Assembly (NCBI GenBank): GCA_963710375.1
Contig: CAVPZX010000002.1
Span: 608,001 to 672,000, forward strand
Source: Nitrospirota bacterium
GTDB lineage: Bacteria; Nitrospirota; Thermodesulfovibrionia; Thermodesulfovibrionales; Dissulfurispiraceae
Direction: 5' to 3'
Length of the DNA stretch: 64,000 nucleotides
Position 1 is the stretch's first letter; every line of letters begins with the position of its first letter. Position numbers and translations under genes: made by a program. Below are positions 40,179 through 50,801 of this stretch, piece after piece. Below the pieces are notes generated by a model. The model saw only the letters and a program-made list of their open reading frames with translations. It was not told the origin of the DNA and did not search any database.

Positions 40179-40228
40179 AAAATTATTAACGTGTCTTACG
40201 TTACCGCCTTGCATGCCGTCATATGCTG

Positions 40229-41299
40229 TCATAACGCATCAGGATTCAATCGAATAGATTCCACATTAATACTCTCTTCCGCGAGTTTCTTGATATCCCG
40301 CGGCCTGAATGCCCCCTTTTCGGTAAAAAAGGAGGTGACATATCTGGCCGGAGTTACATCGAATGCCAAGTTTATTACATTAACGCCTAAAGGCGCAACT
40401 CTTTGTCCGCGAATAGTGGTCACCTCGTCAGCGTGGCGTTCCTCGATAGGTATATGCTCCCCGGACTCCATGCCAAAATCAATGCTGCTTAACGGCGCTG
40501 CCACATAGAACGGGATACCGTGCTCCCTGCACAAGACTGCAACAGTGTATGTGCCGATCTTGTTTGCCACATCTCCGTTCCTCGTCGTCCGGTCAGTGCC
40601 GACGATTGCAAGGTCAATGGCACCTTTTTTCATAAGCGCTCCGGCTGTATTATCGGTTATCAGCGTTACCGGTATGCCGGCCTGCATCAGTTCCCATGCT
40701 GTCAGCCGGGCACCCTGCAGTACCGGTCGTGTCTCATCAGCAATTACCTGTATGCGTTTGCCCTGGTCCTTTGCAATCAGCATAGGGGCAGTTGCCGTGC
40801 CGTATCCGCCGGTGGCAAGGCTGCCGGCATTGCAATGTGTAAGGATAGTGTCTCCATCCCTGATAAAACCGGCCCCCCATCTGCCAATCGCCTTGTTTAT
40901 CTCTATATCTTCTTCGAGTATCCTCTTTGCCTCATCGATAAGCAGTTGTTTAACAGCGCTCACCTGCTCGTTTTTTCGAGCGGCGAGCAATCTCTTAATC
41001 CTCTCTACCGCCCACTTTATATTCACGGCAGTAGGCCTTGTGGCAAGCAGGGCATCCATCACCGGCTCAAGCTTTTTTGAAAAATCGTCCATAGTGCCGG
41101 CTTTTATATCCTGTGCCCCGAGTGCTATGCCCATGGCAGCAGCAATTCCGATTGCCGGGGCTCCCCTGATCCAGAGCTTTTTGATACCCTCCGCAACTTT
41201 CAGGTAGTCTGCACATTCTACATAAATCACTTCAAGCGGCAGCCTGCTCTGGTCAAGCATAAAAACCTTGTTATCTTTCCATTCTATCGTGCTGACCAT
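40229..41299 (-). CDS. mtnA: Methylthioribose-1-phosphate isomerase
   Basis: RGAPAIG, RPTAVN, THCNAGSLAT, ETRPVLQGARLT, ANKIGT. Confidence 0.95.
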   Translation of the reverse strand: MVSTIEWKDNKVFMLDQSRLPLEVIYVECADYLKVAEGIKKLWIRGAPAIGIAAAMGIALGAQDIKAGTMDDFSKKLEPVMDALLATRPTAVNIKWAVERIKRLLAARKNEQVSAVKQLLIDEAKRILEEDIEINKAIGRWGAGFIRDGDTILTHCNAGSLATGGYGTATAPMLIAKDQGKRIQVIADETRPVLQGARLTAWELMQAGIPVTLITDNTAGALMKKGAIDLAIVGTDRTTRNGDVANKIGTYTVAVLCREHGIPFYVAAPLSSIDFGMESGEHIPIEERHADEVTTIRGQRVAPLGVNVINLAFDVTPARYVTSFFTEKGAFRPRDIKKLAEESINVESIRLNPDAL

Positions 41300-41415
41300 A
41301 TCGAATCTCCAATATATATTTTTTAAAAAAATGTTCCGACAAACATCCTGATAAGAGCATTATTATAACCGTTGTTGCCATGGCAATTCTACACTATAAG
41401 GGGTGTGGTAGTGGA

Positions 41416-42054
41416 TCAGCTTCTTTTTGCTGAGGCGAGAAACCGCTGGGCATTCATCTTTATATCGCCCTCCAGGAGTCCTGAGGACACCGCGACACCC
41501 TCACAGCCTGTTTCAAAGACAGACAGCACATTATCGGGCCTTATTCCACCGATTGCTATTACCGGTATGGTTGCCGCATTCTTTACCGCCCTCAACCCTT
41601 CTACCCCTTTCGGAGTTCCCACCTCTTTGGTTGCGGTAGGAAAGATAGAGCCAAAACCTATGTAATCTGCGCCTCCCCTTTCAGCTTCGAGCGCTTCCTT
41701 AACAGAATGGGTCGAGATGCCGATTATTCTATTGCCCATAATCTTTCTTGCCTCCTTAAGGGGCATGTCATCCTGACCAAGGTGGACTCCGTCAGCATCG
41801 ACGGCGAGGGCAATATCGGCATAATCATTGATAATAAGGCAGGCATTAAACATCCTTGTGATTTCTCTCAGTCTGAGCGCTTCGAAAAAGACCTCTCTGC
41901 GTGTTTTGTCCTTTTCCCTGTATTGTACCCACATGATGCCAGACTCCAGGATTATCTTGACGGTCTTATCGAGAGGGTCAATCCCTGATGTACCCGTTAT
42001 AAAACAGATACGATTGGCAGCAAACTCAAAGCCACTTCTTTCCTCACGTCTCAC
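41416..42054 (-). CDS. thiE: Thiamine phosphate synthase
   Basis: QYREK, IIND, GVHLGQDD, STH, AIGGI. Confidence 0.93.
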   Translation of the reverse strand: MRREERSGFEFAANRICFITGTSGIDPLDKTVKIILESGIMWVQYREKDKTRREVFFEALRLREITRMFNACLIINDYADIALAVDADGVHLGQDDMPLKEARKIMGNRIIGISTHSVKEALEAERGGADYIGFGSIFPTATKEVGTPKGVEGLRAVKNAATIPVIAIGGIRPDNVLSVFETGCEGVAVSSGLLEGDIKMNAQRFLASAKRS

Positions 42055-43432
42055 TGCTCCCGTTTTTCACCACCTCCGCAGTCTGCTCCATGTCACCCAT
42101 CCTGTCAATAAAGTCCGTGCCGAAATTACCCTTTATAAAGTCAGGATGGCTCAAGACTTTCTTGTGAAAAGGAATGGTTGTTTTGATCCCTTCAATAATA
42201 AACATGTCGAGCGCCATTTTCATCTTGGCGATGGCCTCCTCCCTGTTTTTTGCATGGACCACGACCTTTGCTATCATGGAGTCATAGTGTGAAGGCACTA
42301 CCCAGCCGGTATATGCAGCAGTATCGACTCTCACACCAGGCCCTCCAGGCGGTACAAAAAGTGTCAACCTGCCCGGAGAAGGGATAAATTTTTCAGGGTC
42401 TTCAGCGTTTATCCTGCATTCCATGGAATGGCCTGCGGGCTTGATCTGGCTCTGTTTATAGGTGAGAGGGAGGCCTGCGGCTATCTTGATCTGTTCCTTT
42501 ATGATGTTGACACCGGTAAGCTCTTCAGTCACAGGATGCTCCACCTGGACCCTGGTATTCATTTCCATGAAATATATATTTTGTTCCTGATCAACAATGA
42601 ACTCTATAGTGCCTACATTTTTATATTTCAGGGCCTTTGCCGCACGCACTGCAAGGTCACCGAGCTTTTTACGAAATTTCTCTGTCACAACAGGCGAGGG
42701 CGCCTCTTCTATAAGCTTTTGATGCCTCCTCTGCACAGAGCAGTCACGCTCTCCCAGATGAATCACATTGCCCTTACCGTCGGAGACTATCTGGACTTCG
42801 ATATGCCGGATAGATGGGAGGAATTTTTCAAGATACACTTCACTATTTGCAAACGCGCCGAGCGCCTCACGCTGGGCCATATGGAAAGCGGACACTATCT
42901 CATCTTCTTCTGTGACAATCCTCATGCCCCTGCCCCCGCCTCCTGCAGAAGCCTTGATAATCAATGGAAACCCTATCTTCCTCGCCAGTTTGAGCGCTGC
43001 CTCTTCAGATTCCACAGGTCCATCGCTGCCCGGCACAACCGGAATCCCGCGCCGTTTCATCACCTGACGCGCCTTTGCCTTATCGCCGCCCAATCTCATG
43101 CTCTCGGCAGTCGGGCCTATAAAAGTAATGCCTGAGGTGAAACAGGATTCGGCGAACTGCGGGTTTTCGGAAAGAAAACCGTAGCCCGGGTGGATTGCTT
43201 CGGAATCGGTAAGTTCCGCGGCGCTGAGAATTGCCGGGATATTCAAATAGCTATTGGTAGGATTTGCAGGACCAATACAGATGGACTCGTCGGCAACTGT
43301 TACATGAAGGGCCTCGCGTTCGATATCGGAAAAAACAGCGACAGTCTTGATGCCGAGTTCTTTGCACGCATAAATGACGCGCACGGCGATCTCCCCACGA
43401 TTGGCAATCAGTATCTTTTTAAAAAGCTTCAT
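42044..43432 (-). CDS. accC: Acetyl-CoA carboxylase biotin carboxylase
   Basis: ANRGEIA, HPGYGFLSEN, GGGGRGMR, EMNTRVQVEH. Confidence 0.96.
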   Translation of the reverse strand: MKLFKKILIANRGEIAVRVIYACKELGIKTVAVFSDIEREALHVTVADESICIGPANPTNSYLNIPAILSAAELTDSEAIHPGYGFLSENPQFAESCFTSGITFIGPTAESMRLGGDKAKARQVMKRRGIPVVPGSDGPVESEEAALKLARKIGFPLIIKASAGGGGRGMRIVTEEDEIVSAFHMAQREALGAFANSEVYLEKFLPSIRHIEVQIVSDGKGNVIHLGERDCSVQRRHQKLIEEAPSPVVTEKFRKKLGDLAVRAAKALKYKNVGTIEFIVDQEQNIYFMEMNTRVQVEHPVTEELTGVNIIKEQIKIAAGLPLTYKQSQIKPAGHSMECRINAEDPEKFIPSPGRLTLFVPPGGPGVRVDTAAYTGWVVPSHYDSMIAKVVVHAKNREEAIAKMKMALDMFIIEGIKTTIPFHKKVLSHPDFIKGNFGTDFIDRMGDMEQTAEVVKNGSSET

Positions 43433-43457
43433 ATGTCAACCGGCCTGATCTGATCAG

Positions 43458-43907
43458 CTACCCTGCAGGGTCAAGCAGGAAAAGCGGCTCGCCATATTCC
43501 ACCGGATGCCCGTTTTCGACCAGAATTCTCACCACCACGCCATCAATTTCACTCTCTATTTCGTTCATAAGCTTCATGGCCTCTATGATGCAAAGGATCT
43601 GTCCCTTTTTGACCCTTGTCCCGGTCTCGGCAAAAGGTTCGGCCTCAGGAGAGGACGACCTGTAAAAGGTGCCGACAATAGGAGAGGTGACCGTAAAGAG
43701 CTTTACTTCAGGACCGGGTTCCGATACGAGGTCCACTTTTCCGTGTACCTCTCTCCTGTCAGGCAGAATCGATTGCGGGATCTCAAGGTGACTGAAGAAT
43801 TTTTCACGCCGTATCTTAACTTTAACGCCGTCTTTCTCGACCTGAAGCTCGGTCACGTCTGTATCTTTCAGAAGGCTCATCAGTTCTTTTAATTCCTCAA
43901 GCTCCAT
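43458..43907 (-). CDS. accB: Biotin carboxyl carrier protein
   Basis: [17 protein letters not shown]. Confidence 0.96.
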   Translation of the reverse strand: MELEELKELMSLLKDTDVTELQVEKDGVKVKIRREKFFSHLEIPQSILPDRREVHGKVDLVSEPGPEVKLFTVTSPIVGTFYRSSSPEAEPFAETGTRVKKGQILCIIEAMKLMNEIESEIDGVVVRILVENGHPVEYGEPLFLLDPAG

Positions 43908-43933
43908 CGGCTCACCTCCATTTGCCCTTTGCC

Positions 43934-44497
43934 TTATTTCACTTTTTCGATATATTCCGACGTCCTCGTATCAATCTTCAGCACATCACCCACCGATATA
44001 TGGAAAGGCACTTTCACCATAAGTCCGGTTTCGAGCTTCGCAGGCTTTGTAGACCCCGATGCGGTATCTCCCCTGAATGCAGGGTCCGTCTCTATAACCG
44101 CAAGTTCGACAAACATCGGCGGCTCGACCGTCATCGGCTGTTCCTTGTAATACAGAATCTTGACAGTCATATTTTCTTTAATGAATTTCTTTACATCGCC
44201 TAATTGTGAGGTTGTCAAAGGGACCTGCTCGTATGATTCGGTATCCATAAAATAGTGCAGGTCTTCCTGGGCATAGAGATACTGCATGTCTTTCTCTTCA
44301 AGGCCCGGAGACTCGAATTTTTCTCCTGACCTGAATGTATCTTCAAGGACGTTCCCGGTCTTCATATTTTTCAGCTTTGTCCTGATTACCGCCCCGCCCC
44401 TTCCCATCTTGACATGCTGAAAGTCTACTATCTCACACGGGTCTCCCTTGTATACTATTTTTGCACCCTTCCTGAATTCACTTGTGCTAAGCAACAA
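43934..44497 (-). CDS. efp: Elongation factor P
   Basis: [27 protein letters not shown]. Confidence 0.96.
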   Translation of the reverse strand: MLLSTSEFRKGAKIVYKGDPCEIVDFQHVKMGRGGAVIRTKLKNMKTGNVLEDTFRSGEKFESPGLEEKDMQYLYAQEDLHYFMDTESYEQVPLTTSQLGDVKKFIKENMTVKILYYKEQPMTVEPPMFVELAVIETDPAFRGDTASGSTKPAKLETGLMVKVPFHISVGDVLKIDTRTSEYIEKVK

Positions 44498-44506
44498 ACA
44501 CCTCCT

Positions 44507-45580
44507 CTATTTTATTATCTCAAGCTCTCTGCTGAGGCTCGTTAACAGCCTGCCTTTTCGGCCTTTCAAAATCAGCATATCTTCTATGCGTACACCGCCC
44601 AATTTCGGGATATAAATGCCGGGCTCTATAGTAAAGACAAAGCCGTCGGAAAGCCGGTCTCCTTTGGCCCATGACACGCGCGGGGCCTCATGCACATCAA
44701 GGCCAACCCCATGCCCGGTCCCGTGGCCAAAAAACTCCCCGTACCCCGCTTTTTTTATAGTTTCCCTGGCAGCCCGGTCAATATCCTGTGTCTTGACCCC
44801 TGCCCCCACTGCGGAAACCGCTTTTTGGCGCGCATTATTGACAACGGTATATATTTTTATCTTTTCATCCAGACTATCGCCTGCCATAAGCAGCGTTCTG
44901 GTCATATCGGAATAATACCCTTCCGCTTCTCCGCCCCAGTCAATTATAACAAACTCCCCTTTGCCTATTTTCTTTTCAGTTGGCTGCGCATGGGGTTTGG
45001 AAGTATTCTCACCAGAAGCCACTATTATATCAAAAGGTATACTTTTACATCCTTCTCTTTTAAGATGTTCCTCCAGTCTAAGGGAGATGCCCCTTTCCTT
45101 TGCCCCGACTTTTATGAACGGTTTGACTTTAAGAAAAGCGGCTTCAGCTCTTTCTATAGAACTTACTATAGCGCTGATTTCCGTCTGATCCTTCACCTTT
45201 CTCAAATTCTCTATAATGTTTGGATTTGGCTCCAGTGTGACCGGCAAGCCTTTGAGTAATGAATAAAACTCATAGGAGAGCGATGTCTCGAACCCAAGCC
45301 TCTTAATGCCCAATGATTTCACAAGACGCCGGAGCAGCGATATCCTGTTACCTTTTTCAACGCCGGTTTCGCACCCCTTGACCTCTGCCTCGGATTGCTC
45401 CTTATACCTGAAATCGGTAAAAAACAACCCCCTGTCTTTTGTAATCATCACAAAGCCTGATGAGCCGGTAAAGCCGGTCAAGTAGCGTATATTTTTTATC
45501 GCACTGACATATAAAGCATCTATCCTCTTTTTCCTGAGGATATTCTGAACACTTTTTATTCTGATTTCTTGCATTGTCAT
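44507..45580 (-). CDS. Xaa-Pro aminopeptidase (M24)
   Basis: YLTGF.GS, D.G...GY.SD.TRT, HGTGHGVG..VHE.P, EPGIY, GVRIED. Confidence 0.92.
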   Translation of the reverse strand: MTMQEIRIKSVQNILRKKRIDALYVSAIKNIRYLTGFTGSSGFVMITKDRGLFFTDFRYKEQSEAEVKGCETGVEKGNRISLLRRLVKSLGIKRLGFETSLSYEFYSLLKGLPVTLEPNPNIIENLRKVKDQTEISAIVSSIERAEAAFLKVKPFIKVGAKERGISLRLEEHLKREGCKSIPFDIIVASGENTSKPHAQPTEKKIGKGEFVIIDWGGEAEGYYSDMTRTLLMAGDSLDEKIKIYTVVNNARQKAVSAVGAGVKTQDIDRAARETIKKAGYGEFFGHGTGHGVGLDVHEAPRVSWAKGDRLSDGFVFTIEPGIYIPKLGGVRIEDMLILKGRKGRLLTSLSRELEIIK

Positions 45581-45589
45581 AATAAATAC

Positions 45590-45696
45590 AGGCTATAGGC
45601 AATAGGCTGTAGGCAATAGGCGATGGGTCACAAAGCAAAGAAACGTAAAGAGACTTTTTCTTTTGCCGATAGCCTATTGCCCATTGTCTATTGCCT
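45590..45696. repeat. Palindromic heptamer repeat element (AGGCAAT / ATTGCCT)
   Basis: aggctat aggcaat aggctgt aggcaat aggcgat ... agcctat tgcccat tgtctat tgcct. Confidence 0.8.
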
Positions 45697-46297
45697 CAGT
45701 TCTTATTGCAAATTGTGTTTTTATTGCCTCAAGAAATCTGTCCAAACGCTTTATAATGCTCTGTTTATTTTTTCCCAAAAACCTTATAAGCGCCGATAGT
45801 TCCTCTTTTCTCTGCAGTATTCGCTTGTCATCCGGATTCTTTATCAGCATCTCCTTATACAGTTCCATTGCAGGTGCATAATGCCCAAGAGCTATAAGAC
45901 GCTCACCTTCAACCAGCTCTGATAAGACAGGCTCGGGAAGCTCGGGTACACGGCCTGCCGGGGCTGGGGCATGGTGGAATATGGATATATTGCCGAGCGC
46001 TCTATTTGCTTCGGCAAGCCCTTTACGGGCGAAATTATTGTCGGGGGCTTTTTCAAGCACCTCTGAAAACTGTTCAAGCGCCTCAGCAAATTTATCGCCC
46101 TGGAGATACCATCTGCCGAGCCTAAGCCGTGCAGCAAGGAAGTCCGGATTCTTCCCGATACCGTCAATGAGGAGTTCAACAGCTTCATCGCCCATGTCCC
46201 GTTTCCTGAACTCTTCAGCAAGTGACAAGAAGAGTCTTGAGCCGGGTTGCTGACTCAGCCGCTCTCTAAGTTTCTTAATATAGGTGCTGCTCTCCAT
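45674..46297 (-). CDS. Tetratricopeptide repeat protein
   Basis: SRLF..LAEE.RK, TPR helices. Confidence 0.75.
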   Translation of the reverse strand: MESSTYIKKLRERLSQQPGSRLFLSLAEEFRKRDMGDEAVELLIDGIGKNPDFLAARLRLGRWYLQGDKFAEALEQFSEVLEKAPDNNFARKGLAEANRALGNISIFHHAPAPAGRVPELPEPVLSELVEGERLIALGHYAPAMELYKEMLIKNPDDKRILQRKEELSALIRFLGKNKQSIIKRLDRFLEAIKTQFAIRTEAIDNGQ

Positions 46298-46329
46298 ATT
46301 GATCGCTGCCAGGTCCTCTTATTGTATGC

Positions 46330-47508
46330 CTAACTGTTATACTTTAACTCGAGAATTCTGTCAAATATTGCGCCGGCCACATCCTCTTTATCCATGACCG
46401 GAAGCTTGCGCTCGCGCTCCCTGTCGATGATTACCACCTCGTTGGTATCAACATCAAAACCGGCGTCTTTGCTTGATACATCGTTAAAAACAATCATGTC
46501 GATATTCTTTGAAGTAAGCTTTCTGCGAGCCCTATCAATCCTGGGGCCTGTTTCTGCAGAAAAGCCGGCGGCAAAAGGACGTTGCCTTAGTTTTCCCACA
46601 GCTTCAAGGATATCGGTAGTTTTCAGGAGATTAAGGGAAAATTTATCTTTCTTCTCTATCTTGCTGTTTTTCGATTCGGCCGGCGTGAAATCCGCCACTG
46701 CAGCAGCCATCAGGAATAAAGTTGACATGGGGATATTGTCCATTACCGCCCTATACATGTCCTCAGATGATTCGGCAAAGATAATATCGACACCCGCAGG
46801 AGGCGTTATCGAAACCGGCCCGCTAATCAGAGTAACCTCGGCGCCTCTTCTTCTGGCAATCCGGGCGAGGGCATACCCCATTTTGCCCGAAGACCTGTTG
46901 GTAATATACCGCACCGGATCGAGGTACTCTCTTGTCGGCCCCGCAGTCACCAGCACCTGTTCGCCTGCCAGGTCCTGTTTAGTCAGGGCAGCTATTGCAC
47001 ATTCCAGAATCTTTTCGTTGTCTGTCATCCTGCCTATGCCTTCTTCACCGCAAGCCAGAGGCCCCCTTTCAGGCCCTATAAAGTGTACACCAAGAGAAGT
47101 GAGGTAATGAAGATTTTTCTGAAAGACCTGGTTCTCATACATCCTCCAATTCATAGCCGGAGCCATGATTACCTTACCGTTGAAAGCCAACAGCGTTGTA
47201 CTGAGCATATCATCGGCAATCCCCTGAGCGTATTTGCTTATGCTGTTTGCCGTTGCAGGGGCAACTATAAACAGCTCGGCGCTTGACGGAAGACTAACAT
47301 GAGAAAGCGGGAACTCAAACATATCAGCATAAACATGTTCGCCGGCCGCCAGTTCAACTGAAAGGGGTGTAACAAAACGCTTTGAGGCCTCTGTCATTAT
47401 TACCCTGACAGAGGCCCCTTCCTGTTTCAGTATTTTGATGAGATCAATGGCCTTATAGGCAGCTACACTTCCGGTAATTCCTAAAAGTATAGACTTGCCT
47501 TTAAGCAC
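46330..47508 (-). CDS. coaBC: Phosphopantothenoylcysteine decarboxylase / phosphopantothenate-cysteine ligase
   Basis: GSVAAYK, APATAN, PAMN, LACGE.G.GR, TAGPTRE..DPVR.I.NRSSGKMG. Confidence 0.96.
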   Translation of the reverse strand: MLKGKSILLGITGSVAAYKAIDLIKILKQEGASVRVIMTEASKRFVTPLSVELAAGEHVYADMFEFPLSHVSLPSSAELFIVAPATANSISKYAQGIADDMLSTTLLAFNGKVIMAPAMNWRMYENQVFQKNLHYLTSLGVHFIGPERGPLACGEEGIGRMTDNEKILECAIAALTKQDLAGEQVLVTAGPTREYLDPVRYITNRSSGKMGYALARIARRRGAEVTLISGPVSITPPAGVDIIFAESSEDMYRAVMDNIPMSTLFLMAAAVADFTPAESKNSKIEKKDKFSLNLLKTTDILEAVGKLRQRPFAAGFSAETGPRIDRARRKLTSKNIDMIVFNDVSSKDAGFDVDTNEVVIIDRERERKLPVMDKEDVAGAIFDRILELKYNS

Positions 47509-47510
47509 TG

Positions 47511-47915
47511 TTATTCTTCGCTTTCATCGGCTTCGGCCTCTGCTTCCTCTCCTTCGCTGAACAGATCTTCCAGCGCCTTCTCAGGCGACCCCTTTTCGTG
47601 GAGGTATACCTTGAGGTCTTTCTCAAGTTCTGAGAGGTCTTCCATAGGCCTCCGCTTCTCCTCGATCAGTTTCTTGTAATCGATCTTTTCAGACTTCTCC
47701 TTTGCGGCAATGGCATCGGGGCCGGTCAGGAATTCAATGTGATTGCCGACGGCCTCAAGAAGCGCCATAGTGGTCACTTTTTTTGTCTTTGTCTGGATCT
47801 TTGACGCTGCGCCAAGCGAAAGCTCGCGGGCCCTCTGTGCGGCAATCACTACAAGCCTGTATCTGCTGTCAATCTCCTTCTTGTCATATTCGACAGGCAA
47901 TGATATTATGTCCAC
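47511..47915 (-). CDS. rpoZ: RNA polymerase omega subunit with acidic C-terminal extension
   Basis: SRYRLVVIAAQRAREL, K.TT.AL.E; position between gmk and coaBC. Confidence 0.9.
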   Translation of the reverse strand: MDIISLPVEYDKKEIDSRYRLVVIAAQRARELSLGAASKIQTKTKKVTTMALLEAVGNHIEFLTGPDAIAAKEKSEKIDYKKLIEEKRRPMEDLSELEKDLKVYLHEKGSPEKALEDLFSEGEEAEAEADESEE

Positions 47916-47916
47916 C

Positions 47917-48573
47917 TTATACTTCCTCCTCCAAAAAGTTTTTCTGTATCCACTCGTGATCGATTCTCTTTACACTCGCCCGTTCCGCTTCAACAATCGA
48001 CACCAGCTCTTTGAACGCAACTTCCATTATATCGTTTACTATAACATAATCGTAACTTTTGTACTCCCTTACCTCCATGATAGCATTTTTAAGCCTTATT
48101 CCAATAACTTCATCCGGATCGCTCATCCTTTCCACAAGTCTCTTTCTGAGCACCTCCATCGAGGGAGGCAATATAAATATATACACGCATCCGCCTTTGG
48201 CGGAAGAAAGGTCCCTTTTTATCTGGCGAGCACCCTGCACATCGATATCCAGAACCGCATCCATTCCGGCGTCAGCCAGCTCTTCTATCCTCTTTTTTGA
48301 GGTGCCGTAATAATTACCGTGCACCTCGGCCCACTCGACGAACACCCCATCAGCTGCCATTGTCTGAAAAGTGTCTTTGTCCACAAACGTATAGTGTACA
48401 TCGTTTATTTCTCCAGGCCTGGGCGCCCTGGTCGTATACGACACAGAATGCCTCACCCCTGGCACAGATTCGCAGAGCTTATTGCACAATGTGGTTTTCC
48501 CGGAGCCCGATGGGCCGGACATTACAAACAGGCTACCCTTCTTCCTCTTCATCCGCAATCGCTTTGTCCCCAT
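47917..48573 (-). CDS. gmk: Guanylate kinase
   Basis: [29 protein letters not shown]. Confidence 0.95.
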   Translation of the reverse strand: MGTKRLRMKRKKGSLFVMSGPSGSGKTTLCNKLCESVPGVRHSVSYTTRAPRPGEINDVHYTFVDKDTFQTMAADGVFVEWAEVHGNYYGTSKKRIEELADAGMDAVLDIDVQGARQIKRDLSSAKGGCVYIFILPPSMEVLRKRLVERMSDPDEVIGIRLKNAIMEVREYKSYDYVIVNDIMEVAFKELVSIVEAERASVKRIDHEWIQKNFLEEEV

Positions 48574-48823
48574 CCTTTACGCCGGCAACCCGCTGTGATA
48601 TGGTTTCCACCTGAATTGCGGACAATATTATATGGTCGCTGTCGGTAACTATTATAGACCTGGTCTTCCTTCCTTCGGTTGCATCAATGAGTTTACCCCT
48701 GCTGCGCGCCTCTTCCCGCAATTTTCTGATCGGGGAGGATCCCGGATTTATAATTGCAACTACCCTCGAAGAATGTATTACATTGCCGAAGCCTATATGT
48801 ATAAGTATGCCGTTAGTATGCAT
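48533..48823 (-). CDS. DUF370 / RemA-like protein
   Basis: IGFGN, S.PI, LIDAT.GRKTRS; position between yicC and gmk. Confidence 0.9.
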   Translation of the reverse strand: MHTNGILIHIGFGNVIHSSRVVAIINPGSSPIRKLREEARSRGKLIDATEGRKTRSIIVTDSDHIILSAIQVETISQRVAGVKDGDKAIADEEEEG

Positions 48824-49672
48824 CTACTGTATATTCTGCACCTGTTCCTTGAGTTTTTCAATACCTGTCTTTATTTCAATAGTTAGATTAATGATCCTAA
48901 TATCATCCACTTTTGAAGCAATAGTGTTTGCCTCCCTGTACATCTCCTGCATAAGAAAATCCAGTTTTCTGCCTATAGCCTCACTGCCCGAGAGGAAGGC
49001 GTTAAACTGCTGCATATGGCTCCGAAGCCGCGCCAATTCCTCAGTAATATCGCTTTTCTGCGCAAGCAAGGCAATTTCCTGTGCCAGCCTGGTCTCATCT
49101 ATTGGTATAGCAGAGGTCAGTTCAGAGACTTTCCTTGACAGCACTTCCTTATGGGTAATCGACATACCGTGAGAAAGCGCTTCCACTTCAGCCCTAAGTG
49201 ACTCTACCCGGCCGGCATGGAACTCTAATTCTTTTCTGAGTGACTCACCCTCTTTCCTGCGCATTTCATCAACACGCGTCACCGCATCACGCAGAGCGTC
49301 ATAAAGGTCATCAGCATTATAAGCGGTCTCTTCGCTGAGCAAAAGCTCCCGGTACCATGACAAAAAACCGATGTCAAGAGATCCGGGAATTGAGAGTGTT
49401 TTCTGCAAATCCAAAATCGTGTCATAAATCTCTCTCGCCAGTTCCTTGTTGGCACGTACCTTAAATTGCCGTTTATCGGTTAGAGATATAGTTACGTCGA
49501 ACTTGCCCCTGGCAAATTGGTCTTTAATCAAGTTCCTGACCGGTATCTCATGCTCCATAAGGAAAGAAGGCATCCTGACGCTGACATCAACATACCTGTG
49601 GTTTAAAGACCGCACCTCGACCTTAAAGCCTTTCCGTTCAGCGGCCCCATACCCTGTCATGCTCTGGATCAA
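48824..49672 (-). CDS. yicC: YicC/YloC endoribonuclease
   Basis: SMTGYG, RSLNHRY, DITEE..RL.SH, GRKLDFL.QE..RE.NT..SK, EQVQN. Confidence 0.92.
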   Translation of the reverse strand: MIQSMTGYGAAERKGFKVEVRSLNHRYVDVSVRMPSFLMEHEIPVRNLIKDQFARGKFDVTISLTDKRQFKVRANKELAREIYDTILDLQKTLSIPGSLDIGFLSWYRELLLSEETAYNADDLYDALRDAVTRVDEMRRKEGESLRKELEFHAGRVESLRAEVEALSHGMSITHKEVLSRKVSELTSAIPIDETRLAQEIALLAQKSDITEELARLRSHMQQFNAFLSGSEAIGRKLDFLMQEMYREANTIASKVDDIRIINLTIEIKTGIEKLKEQVQNIQ

Positions 49673-49932
49673 TCCTTCACCCCCGTAATCTTCACCGTCT
49701 TTCTCCTCGATGTCTCGCCCCGCAGTATTGTTATACTGCTTTTCTTTACGCCGTACTGTTCGGCCAAAAGCTCTACAAGCTGCTCGTTTGCAGCGCCGCC
49801 GACAGGAGGAGCTGTAAGTTTGACCTTAAGCATATTGTCCATAACGCCGACAATTCCCCTCTTTGAAGACCGGGGGTCAACTTTAACCTCTATAATTATA
49901 CCATCCCTGGTTTTAGAATAGGGGATATCCAT
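49669..49932 (-). CDS. DUF167 (YggU) protein
   Basis: V.PRSSK, APP..G.AN, GETSR.K. Confidence 0.88.
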   Translation of the reverse strand: MDIPYSKTRDGIIIEVKVDPRSSKRGIVGVMDNMLKVKLTAPPVGGAANEQLVELLAEQYGVKKSSITILRGETSRRKTVKITGVKD

Positions 49933-50797
49933 TTTTTCTTCGGAACCAAGCTTTATAATATACCTCACCTGCAGTCAAGGTTACAACAGTGAGCATGACT
50001 CCACAGATCACATCAATCACATAGTGGTATCTGCAGTAAACAGTGGCAAAAGTCAGGAGCAGCACAGGAGCAATCAGCCACCGGAGCAACTTTCTATCGT
50101 AACGGTATGCCAGTAGAAGCACTAATAGCGCAATCGCGGTATGCCCACTGGGGAATGCATCCCTTTTTACTCCCTCCATCAGATTGAGCATGTTCTGTAT
50201 CGGCCCTGAAACTAAAAAACCATCCAGTTCTTTGTCATAAAGGTGTTGCATTGTGTACCGGGGACCGAGCGCTGGAAAAAGCAGGTAGCCTATGTAAGAC
50301 AGATAAAAACAAAGAAGTATCAGGAAAAGCGATTTCTCAAATGCTTCACTTTTCCCTTTTACTTTTAGTGTAATGCCCAGGATAATGGGAAGAAAATAAT
50401 AGGTTGAGTATGCTACCTCCAGGACATCCGTAAGAAGCGGGCTGATCATCCTTTCAAGAAAAACAGTAGGGTATCCGCCGAAGATGCGATAGTCAATCCT
50501 TATGAGGAGGTAGTCGATATCGTGTGGATTGATGTTATGCACGATTAGTCCCAGGCTGTCAAAGATGATAAGCACACTGAGGACAGGGAAAATCATGTCA
50601 TGCGTCAGCGCTAAAAAAGTATTGGTCCTGCTAAGATAAACAAGAGCAATCTGAAATAAAATTAAAGATGCATAAAGAAGGACAAGATACCCTGCGGACG
50701 GGATGACATCAGAATAAATTACCGACAAAACAAGAAGACAAAAACTGAAAACAATATTAAGAGAATCTGCGGGTCTTAATTTCAGCAGCCATAACAT
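49913..50797 (-). CDS. PAP2 family membrane phosphatase/phosphotransferase
   Basis: PA.GPR, FPSGH, YHY..D, multiple TM segments. Confidence 0.85.
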   Translation of the reverse strand: MLWLLKLRPADSLNIVFSFCLLVLSVIYSDVIPSAGYLVLLYASLILFQIALVYLSRTNTFLALTHDMIFPVLSVLIIFDSLGLIVHNINPHDIDYLLIRIDYRIFGGYPTVFLERMISPLLTDVLEVAYSTYYFLPIILGITLKVKGKSEAFEKSLFLILLCFYLSYIGYLLFPALGPRYTMQHLYDKELDGFLVSGPIQNMLNLMEGVKRDAFPSGHTAIALLVLLLAYRYDRKLLRWLIAPVLLLTFATVYCRYHYVIDVICGVMLTVVTLTAGEVYYKAWFRRKNGYPLF

Positions 50798-50801
50798 AAT
50801 C

